A stretch of 64,000 bases of DNA from Trichinella spiralis (lineage: Eukaryota): positions 10,784,789 to 10,848,788 of the forward strand of contig NW_003526943.1 of the NCBI RefSeq assembly GCF_000181795.1. The letters run 5' to 3'. This document shows positions 53,791 through 64,000 of this stretch, in pieces (positions within the stretch are counted from its first letter, which is position 1; each line of letters opens with the position of its first letter). Position numbers and translations under genes: made by a program. The notes beneath the pieces are model-generated. The model was given only the letters and a program-made list of their open reading frames with translations. It was not told the origin of the DNA and searched no databases.

Positions 53791-55749
53791 TTTTTTCAAG
53801 CCACAGTTTCAATTAATTTTTTTTTTCAAAATTCAAATCGAAGCTGAAAAACAACCAATCTTGATTTTATTTGCAAATTAAACACAACACTCCACTCAAA
53901 TATTTCATTTATAAAAAATTTTAACTGCTCAACATAAAAAAACTTTCAATTGTTTTCAGATTCAAATTTATAACTGTCATATGCACAATTGGTAACACTG
54001 TTTTGTAAAAATAACAATTATTTTCCATTGAAATATAACGTTTCTTCTTCCATTTACTCATCTAAATATATAAATGACAAAAATAACTTAAAAATAAATA
54101 AAACATTTATTTTAACTTAAAAACAATCTCAAATGATATAAAAAGTGAAAAAGACAAAATCATTATTTTATTTAAAATCTTTCGTCAAAACAATAACTTA
54201 CATGTGTACTAAAACATTAGCTAAAACCACGCAAACTGCGACAGTGTCGCCACAGCAAACTGGCGAGATCTTTGTAAATGGTTAATTTCAATTTCTTATT
54301 TTTTCTCTTTTAAAATGTCACATCGATATGGCAACCATTAAGCACGACCCCTGTATAAAAGGGAAAAAATTCAAATTACGACAAGAACCAGGAACCTTTC
54401 CAAAAGCATTACCTCAATAATACAGTGAATAAATAAATAACAAAAAAGAAACTCGCAATGAAAAAGTAGAGTAGCACAATGTCATCATCGATTAGATTAT
54501 AACGATTCCAGTTTCATCAATAACATCTGATTTACAAATTATTCCATTTGAAAAAGACTGCATAAAATGGGACTTTTGTAACTAAAGCTAACAAAAACGT
54601 CATCGATCAATGGACAAAGTTGAGACGATTCTCAATTTCAAAGCAACATATAAACACGAATATTGACTGAAGATTCAAAAAAGAAACAATACTGCTTCTA
54701 ATTTATTTAAATCAAATAACAATACAAAATTTATATGAACCTTCAGCAAAATCAGCATTGCATATGTTTACGTTGGAAAACAGAAATTCGCACCATAATT
54801 TTAATAATCGAACTGTATTCAAATATAATTTCCACCTTTTGGTTTACAGCAGTACGCCAATAAAATCATAAAGCATATAATTTTAAATACAAAAATATGT
54901 ACATCTATATAAACATTTACACACGAGACAGTCATAATACATAACAACAATGGTACGAGGAATGCAATACGTTATAGTAAAAACTGAAACGCAAGTATAA
55001 ACTTTATTTGTAAATATGCAACTGTCAAATAAACATTCTACTTATAGTACCGTTAAACGCAATTTCAAATTAAACAATCATCCAATAATTTGTGCTATCA
55101 TAATATATGAATTTAACATTATTAATTGCACCTACAATATTTTATAAGAAAACATTAAACCAGAGATTGTTCTTTTAATAGTAAATCAATTTCCTACGCA
55201 AAATCATTTAGAGTACTGTATTTTGTATTTGCAATGTTACAGTATTGTAATACGGAGAAAATTAATTTATAGTCACAGTAATTTTTGACTTCAAATGAAA
55301 ACAGTCATGCTAATTGAATAATTAAAAAAATAATCAGGCGCTACAGAATGCCATTACAGTATGAATTGCTTAATAAAAATAGAAATTAAATTTCATTGCG
55401 AGTTTATTTATGAAATTATTTTTTTATTTTATTCTAAATAAATATTATAATTCTAAGGTAGTCAAATTCACATAAAGTAAAATTTTTAATACGTCCGTCA
55501 GGCTGGTGGTTTACAATAATGCAAATTAATACAGTTCATATAGGAAATTTTGCATAAAAAAATATAACATACAATTATACGCCAGATGAGATCTATGTAA
55601 GTATCATTGTGCATTAAAAGCTTTTCATTTCACGTTCAGCGTAACATTTGTTGGTTGTTACATTTATAGATAAATCGGAGCAAACTGCTTATCAAAAGCA
55701 ATATCAGTTTGCACAAAGAAATGCACACTTGCACTGTAGATAATGATCT

Positions 55750-56306
55750 TTAAAGGGAGGAGTAATTTTTTACGAGTGAACTTATCAGAAAAATTAAAGA
55801 TTGCGACACTCCTGTTACAAGTGCATATAGAGCAGGCATTTGCTGACTGCTGTTGTAGAAAGTCCATGCTATGGTTGCACTGGTTATTGAACCCCAAGTT
55901 ATAGGACCAATAGCACCGAATAAAATAATCACTAAATCGTACCAGTAGAATACTCTGTGACGACGAGAAGCCACTACAGCAATAAGACAAGCTATAAAAT
56001 GAATAAACATTGAAGACACAAATGCCCAAAAAAATATCTGCATCCACATTTCTGAAACAATACAAATTAAGAGCAAACATCATGTAATAAATAAAACAAC
56101 AGGTAACCGGAAAATTTGTCCAACTGGTGTGAAATGTGTGAAGAAGCCACCTGAATGTATTGTAAAATTTCGTCAGGAGTCATCCATAAAGATTTTGCAT
56201 ATTTTTCTTTTGATTTAAAATCAGCTGTATCAGCTGCGGTTTCATTATCTTCAGTAAAGGAAGATGCGGCGATCTCAGGAATATTCATGCAAACAGAACA
56301 GTACAT
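55750..56306 (-). CDS. TMEM170: TMEM170 family ER membrane protein, 2 exons (56306-56108, 56051-55750)
   Basis: Spliced LDKFS-EMWMQIFFWAFVSSMFIH..GAIGPITWGSITSATIAWTF..ALVTGVSQ matches the TMEM170 family pattern. The start could instead be the ATG at 56288. Confidence 0.85.
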
Positions 56307-57210
56307 TTCCTCGAGTGTATTTTGAATTGAATGCAAATTTGAAAATAATATAACTTTAAAATAAACAAATATCAATGCAAATCAATTCAAGTAGGTAAAT
56401 TTTTCATAATTTGAACACTCATAAACAACTGCTGCCATCTTTGCAGCGTGGTTATTCTGATTGATTAAATCTGATTCGTCCGTCGTAACTCCTACTTTTC
56501 TGCACTGCTCTAGTTTCGTCGTTCATTTGCACTAACGTATTCATTTCATATTTATGCTACTTGAAATATAAAGAAAAGTGAACATAACTGAAAATTAAAG
56601 GATCCCAAAAGTATTTTTAGCACTGAAATACAATAATAAATAGAAGCTTCTTTTGTCATTTATTCTTAATGTTATTGTTGAAAAAACTGCTCATCTGTGA
56701 TATCTATTAGGATATTTGTTGAAGAAATCAATTCAAAAATCGATCCAATGATTAAGATTTTGCAAATGCTTAATGAAACGGAGAACAATACCAAACTATG
56801 AAATATATTGAACGTTTGTTTCCATAGCGTTGCTTCACTTATTAGAAAATCAACAATTCCGGTGTGTTAAATTTACCGTATACCGACGACCTCTCTATAA
56901 GCTAAAACATCGCAATATCTTTTACAAAGATACAGAATAACGAAAAGGAGGTGGTATAGAAAAATTGACATTACTGTCAAATCAGAATTATTTTATACTT
57001 GCGTGAATTACGTTAAAATAAAAACTGACATAAAGTATTATAATATACAACATTATATCATTCTGTTTCAGTAATGAATGCAGACTATCAAAATGAAACT
57101 GTAAATTTTATATTACCTGAAAATCTTTTGCGGTAGTCGCGCATAAATTTGTAGTTTTATTCTTAATTCATAGTAATAAAAAAATTTATTTCAATACGTT
57201 AAACTGAAAT

Positions 57211-60105
57211 ATGTTATTTTATAAACGAAATATTCTATCTTTTTGTATAAGATGTATTTTGAAAGATAAGAAGCAGCTTTACAAAAGTAAATCCAGTGCA
57301 ATTCATGTGGAAAAGCAGAGGTTAGTTTGATACATTAATAAATTTTGTTGTTTTTTTTCAAAAAAAGATACTAATTTTAATATTTATATTTGATTTTTGA
57401 GGTAGAATCTCATAAAAGAATTCAATTTTTAAATTGTGCCAAATTATTGCTTTGAATTCAAGTTAATAATAATTTTGAAGTATTGTATGCGCTGTTTTTT
57501 AAAATAATTCCATGTATATCATGTTCACAACTAAAAAGAAGACATTTTAATCGTAGAATAAACATTGTAGTTGTGTTTGATAAAGCATTGCCAAATAATT
57601 TGAATATAATGTTTATCAATTTTTAATTAAATAGTATTATTATTTATGCGATATTTTCTGTGAACTGTTAAAATTATTGTATTGATTTATTTTTTTGTAT
57701 TTTTACATGTTTTGAGCAAATTAATTTTAGTGATTGGGAAGCAGTAATTGGTTTAGAAATACACGCTCAAATTAATAGCAAAACAAAGCTCTTCAGCAAT
57801 AGTATCTGTGATTCAGAAGCACCAGCAAATACTTTAGTTTCGCCGTTTGATATGGCAGCTCCTGGGACAATGCCAGTATTCAAAGTTTAAAATTATTCAA
57901 CTTCAGCATTATTCAAATATTCAAAACTGCGAACGTTAAATTTTATTAACTTCTTTCATTGCTTTATTTATTGACTAGTAGTTAGTTACGTCTGCAATGA
58001 TAAAATAATATTTTATATTCATAAATTTCTGTTATCAGGTGTTGAATAGAAGGTGCGCTGAAGCGGCTGTACTTACCGGTTTAGCATTAAATTGTTCAAT
58101 TTCTCGTTGTTCAACTTTTGATCGCAAGCATTATTTCTACCCAGATATGCCAGTATGTGATTTTTTATGATGTATTTTGTCGAATATTATTATTTTATAT
58201 TATTTAGGCAGGTTATCAAATTACGCAATATTTTCAACCAATCGCTAAAGATGGTTATGTTGAATTTTACGTGAAAAATCACGACAAAGAAAGCAATGAG
58301 CTGTATCGAAAAAGGGTGAACATTTTACGTCTGCAACTTGAACAAGACAGTGGCAAACTTTTCTCGAATGAAGCCAACGATTGTATTTATGTTGACTTAA
58401 ATAGATGTGGTAAATTTTTTATTATTATCAGAGGAGATGATTATTATTTCTTTTAATATTCAGGTATAGGTTTGATGGAAATTGTTACTGATTGTACTTT
58501 GAAAAATGGCGCTGAAGCGGCTGCATTGGTTAAAGAATTGCAGATCATGATGAAAGCATTGGACACATGTCGTGGTAGAATGGAAAGTATGCTTATTTAT
58601 TAAAATAAGCTTTTTTTAAAAATATGCCATTAGTTAAATCAGACTATCAATTATTGTAATTAACGTTAATATGAATAAAAAATCATAATTTTAACGTTTA
58701 AAAGAATTTTGATTTTTCAGGAGGAGAATTTCGCGTTGATGTGAACGTTTCAGTTCGTAAATGTGGTGAAAAATCATTAAGAGTTCGAACAGAGTTGAAA
58801 AATTTAATCAGTTTCCACTTCATCTCCAAAGCTATTGGTATTCAATATTTTTCTTATGCTTATTTATTTATTGGAATTTATTTTCAGATGTAGAAATTGC
58901 TCGTCAAATTGAACTTTACGAACAAGGCGGTGAAGTGATCAATGAAACAAGATCTTACGATAATCGAGCAGGCAAAACTATACCCATGCGTGACAAAGAG
59001 GTCCATCAAGATTATCGCTATATGCCAGAACCAAATCTCCCTCCTTTGCTTGTAATTGGCAATGAAGAAGAGGATCAAAGTCAGATTTCACAAGCAAATT
59101 TTGTCAACATTGATAAATTGAAATCAGCACTTTTGTTGTTGCCGAATATTTTGAGAGACAAGTGGATTGAAGTAGACAAACTTCCATTATCATTAGCATG
59201 TTTTATATACGTAAGTGAATATACATATATGTAAAGTTATTATTGCTGTTTCTAATTTTTACACATTGAATAAAAGAAGTTACCATCTAATGCTTTTAAT
59301 ATAATTTTTAATGTATTGTTGTGATTTACTTTGTAAAAAAATTAAATTATCAAGGATGAAGCTGTGCTACGTTCGTATTACACTGAATGCGTGGATGTTC
59401 GATGCTTGGATCCAATTAAAGTTGCGAATATTTTGAAAAATGATCTTCAATTTGCATTAAAAACGAAACGTATGGACATTAAACGCTGGTGATTGTAAAG
59501 CTATTAATTCTTAATATATTAAAATTTATTATTATTATTAAAATTTCAGCAAAATCCCTGCTCAAGTGATGTCTTCATTGGTCGAAATGCGAATAAGGGA
59601 TCAAATTTCTGTAAAAAATTTCAGTCTGGCAAGCTTTCTTTAATTAATTAATATGCAATACATTATTGAAATTGCTCATTTTTATTTTTCTTCTTTTTGT
59701 TTAAGGTGATTGACATGCTGTTAAATGAAGACCAACGATCTCCAGGACAAGTACGTATAAAAAAAGTATTTTCCAAAATTATTAAAAGTGTATTTCAAAT
59801 TTTAAAATGAATTATTGTTATACATGGTATTCACAAATTTAAATTAACAGATCGTGGAAGACTTGCAATTGGCCAATATTGATGACGATCAAGAAATTTT
59901 TAAAGTATGTGAGGAGGTTCTGAAAAATGAAACGGAAGCAGTGATGAAATTTAAAAGTGGGAAGAGTAAAATTTTGTCAAGATTTCTTCGCCTGGCTAGT
60001 GTTCAGCTACGCCACAGAACATCGCCAGAAAAGCTGGAAAACATATTTTTACAACTGTTGAACACAAATCGACCCAAAGACGAAAACACAAAACAAGCCA
60101 CTTGA
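57211..60105 (+). CDS. GATB: Mitochondrial Glu-tRNA(Gln) amidotransferase subunit B, ~11 exons
   Basis: Basic N-terminal extension, then [100 protein letters not shown] and a YqeY-like C-terminus. Confidence 0.94.
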
Positions 60106-60194
60106 ATCTGTGATGCTTTAATTATTAAAAAAAATCATAAGAAGAATACAATTTTGTTATTTAAAACAAAAGTTTGAAAATAATTTGCATATAG

Positions 60195-63100
60195 TTATGC
60201 AGCAACGTCGACATCCACGCTCCTGGCAATGGAATCAATAGGTTTGTTAAGGCGAATTTTATTCTGCCGACCTCGTACAATTGTATCGTCTTTGCATAGC
60301 TCATTGATAACTTCTTCGAACAATTCACGCCGAATTGTCTTAAAAAGCAAAACACATCAAAAATATTTCATGCACATGCACATGGTGGAGTAAAATTCCA
60401 TTTTACCATATCTGTACTTTCACGGATTTCAGCTAACATCGTCCTGGGACACATCCAAGTACCAAACGGTTTGCTGGTCAATTTTGCCTTTACAACAATG
60501 CGCAATTGATCCATTTGCTTTCGAGCACCGGCCGAAGTGCCGAGAGCCAAAATATTAATGTCCACTTTTCCGGTTGTTGGATCAGTAGCAGATTGTTTCA
60601 ATGCTTCTTTGTAAAGTCTGAAAAATAGAAGAGAAAAAAAATTCACATGCACATACGAGCATCTCATATGCAAAGTCAACTTGTATGCTTCTTCCACATC
60701 TTTTCGCTCAACTACTGGTGAGAGTCGAATTTTAGCTCTGGCTTCTCCTAGGCGAATCAAGCTTTCCAGTTGGCGAGGATAAGCACATATCTGTCCTTGG
60801 GAAATGTTTCCACCCTGCAATAGCAACAATTATAAAATTGTATTGTTTTCTTTTTGTTTTGGTCTATACTTTTCGCATTTCGACATATTTTTCAACTAAA
60901 TAATCTCTGGCTTCTTCATTTAAAATTGGAAAACAAGTTGCTTTTGCGTAAGTAATGTAGTCTTTCAAAAGGGACATGTCCTTTAAAATAGAAAAAGGTA
61001 TTTATTGTCAACGGATCACGGGATACATATAGAAAATTTTCCTCACCAGAAGCTCACTTTCCGCTTCTTCATACCCTTTATGATAAAGCGACACAAGATG
61101 TGTAGCCAATCCTCGATCATAGTATTCATCTTGGGGATCGACCATCAGAAAGATCAAATCAAATCTAATTTACGACAAAATAATAAACATTTAAAATTTT
61201 AAAACAAAAAATGCAACAAAAATATTTCAAATACCTGGAAAGAAGAGTGTGAGGCAACTGAACATTTTCAAGTATAGTTTTGTTTCTATTCCACTGACTC
61301 TCAACGGGATTGGCAGCCGCCAAGACAGAAGTTCTAGCGTTAAGCTGGCAAACTATTCCCGCTTTCGCTACAGATAAGGTTTGCTGCTCCTAAAATCAGT
61401 GCAAGTTGCATGTATCAGTCTTCACAAACATAAATAGCAAATTTAAATAACAGACTCATTGACTTTAATTTAATTTTATTTATTTACTTTTAAAGCGATA
61501 CAACAACACTTACCATGCATTCCTGCAATACTGATCGAGCTACTTCGTTCATTTTGTCAAACTCGTCAATACAACATACACCATTGTCACTCAGTGCTAA
61601 AGCGCCGCTGTAAAGCATATTATTTAAAAAAAAGAATTCAAGAAATGCATATCAATTACATGATCTTATTACATTCATGCAAATTCTTGGATAAAGGCTT
61701 AAAATTAAAAAAACACTTGAAAGTAAATCTTACATCTGCAAAACAAAATGACTGGTTTCAGGATCTCTGGAAACATGCGCAGTGAGACCAGCGGCTGAGG
61801 AACCTTTTCCAGAAACGTACTGACCACGAGGTAGCAAACGGTAAATGTACTGCAACAACTGGGATTTGCTGGTGCCTGGATCACCACATAGTAGAACGTT
61901 GATTTCAGATCTGGAAAAATTATATTTCAACTTTCACTGCTTAACAAATCGAAAAGATCAATTATAGAAGTGCCTGAATTTTCCTCGACCAACTTCACTC
62001 AAATCTTTCCTCGTTCCGCCAAACAGTAAATATAAAATAGCCATTTTGATTGAAGTATGCTCATATATGCTAGGAGCTATAAAGATTTATTATGAGGGAT
62101 TTTTTTGCTACAAATACAGTAAAAATTTACCTAATGCATGCGCAAGCCGGTCATAAACGTCAGGCCGGGATGCCAAGTCTTGAATTTTTTCAATCCTTTC
62201 CGGCGTTAACCAGTGTCTAAAAATTTTTAAATTGAATAAAATTTAAACTAACAAACAAAAATAATTTATAACAAATATACTGGTAATCATTTTCTTGAAG
62301 CTGAAATGCTTCCATTTTTTGAAAATGCAGAACATCCACGTGAACTTTCAAAACTGGGCGACAACCGCGAAAGTTTGATCTTTCACGAACGGGATTCGCT
62401 CGATAAATACCACAAACAGTCACCCTGAGAAACGTAATACGCAGAGCAACATTAGTCTATTTAATTAAATCAAATGTGCAATTATGTTCTGATTATCACA
62501 GTTTATACTACAATTGAGAAGATCACTGAGAGAAAAATAGCAAGTGAAACAAAATACGACAAACCTATCTCCAGGTTGTACCGTATCCACCAATGCACCA
62601 TGTGCATGAAGTGTGATCGAAAGAGGAGCCTGTCCAGGAGGCATTTCATCTAAAATTTGTGTAAATTATTTCAAAATTAAAAGTAAAATAAGAAAAAATA
62701 CCAGGAAATTCTTGAAGTTTTATTACTTGTCGAGAAAGAAAGAGTGATTTGTTGCAAATTAAAACAAAAGTATTTTTCGTCTGACAACTTTCACAATAGT
62801 CGGGTTCTTTGATAAAACCCATATCATTCTCGACCATTGTAAAAGATTTACAAATAGCACATTCGAAAAAACCGCAACGCATCTCTGGTATAATACCTGT
62901 AGATCTAGTGACTAACCCGTTCATTGTCACCAATCGATTCACATCTAAAATAATTTTTTATAACTGTTATATGCATAAAGTATTCAACTTACCCTTGGGA
63001 TCTAAAGCTCTCATGCACTGAATACGATCGCCGTTGTATGGCCTTACTTGAAGTTCATTGCGACGAGCTGTCGGAAAATATTTAGCATATATGTTATTAG

Positions 63101-63955
63101 CCACAAAATCCAAATATGGAATGACATCCTGAAATTGATATCAACAAATTATTTTTAAAAAAATAAAATCTTATAAAATTACCGCCGGATAAGTAAGAAC
63201 CAAATAATACAAGGCTTCATCAAATTGTTTCAAATGTTGTAAATTAATTTCAAATGATGTACTCTCAGAGAGATGTACCTTGAATTAAATAACAAATTGA
63301 TGCTTTAGCTAGGAATAAAAAAATTCATTCAAACGTACATTCTTGAGCAGTTCTAAGTAGTATTTTTCTGTGGATTCCATTTCATCTGTGTCGGATACTT
63401 GAAATTCTTCAATAAAATTTCCAAATTTGCCTTCCAAATCAGTCAAACAAATTCCAGTACCCCAAATGAACACACGAGTGCCTCTGCCTGACTCTTGAGA
63501 TTGAACAATGGAATTTGAATTGACTGTTGGATTCATTACTGTACGGCGAACTGGCATGTTGTTCACAACGTCAGATAGAAATTCAGGTTGTCTATAATGT
63601 TCTTTTAGCTATTTTTATTCACATAATAATAATTTTAAAATTTACCCCAAATTAACGGTGACAACTGCCTCTGGTGAAGATGGTCGCTGGTGTAATAATT
63701 CATCCAATTCCAAATCTTGGAAATCACTCTCAACAATTTCTGAATTAGATGATTGCGAGGATCTAACAAAATCTGAATAATAAAAACCACTTTCAACTAC
63801 ATTCTCAAAACAATATTAGTCAAACTGATTTAAAGCAAAAAAAATATTTTCTTATCATTTAAAAATAAATACATAAAAATTCATATAATACCAGAGTCCA
63901 CCTGCTGTTCAGAGTTATTTTCGGATGGAGGAATAATAGATATTTCATCGGCTGC
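60195..63955 (-). CDS. mcm-4: DNA replication licensing factor MCM4 (5' end probably outside the window)
   Basis: IWGT N-terminal motif, zinc finger CAIC..CESC, QVIKLQE, Walker A GDPGTSKS, Walker [10 protein letters not shown], arginine finger [16 protein letters not shown] and [11 protein letters not shown]. Stop at 60195-60197. Confidence 0.95.
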
Positions 63956-64000
63956 TGAAAAAATTTAAGCAATCAAATCATTTCTTGTTTAACTTGAAAA

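Noticed and set aside
1..64000. CRISPR arrays, rRNA, SL RNA and known Hox-cluster miRNAs
   Set aside because: No repeat-spacer periodicity and no recognisable matches by eye. An Rfam scan would be needed to exclude divergent ncRNAs.

Overview
AT-rich eukaryotic genomic DNA with short GT-AG introns and splice-acceptor-like sites just upstream of several start codons. Gene content and transposon types suggest an early-branching (clade I) nematode such as Trichinella; this is an inference. The first ~24 kb is a Hox locus: ~15 kb with no credible CDS, then a two-exon mab-5-like (central/Antp-class) gene with a 7.4-kb intron between the FPWM hexapeptide and the homeodomain. The remaining ~40 kb is densely packed with non-Hox genes: a two-Tudor-domain protein (-), a decayed BEL/Pao and MULE transposon nest, DPH4 (+), AP-2 alpha-adaptin (+), a claudin/PMP22-superfamily gene (-), p24/TMED2 (+), Slingshot phosphatase (-), TMEM170 (-), mitochondrial GatB (+) and MCM4 (-, running off the window). 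Two unannotated TIR elements are visible: a pogo/Tigger deletion derivative and a TGT..ACA Ginger-like MITE. The most notable signals are a candidate recursive-splicing (ratchet) site in the Hox intron, a CCAAT plus E-box Hox promoter module, an intact Slingshot (absent from C. elegans), and three GC-AG introns. Exon boundaries were read by eye and may be off by a few nucleotides.
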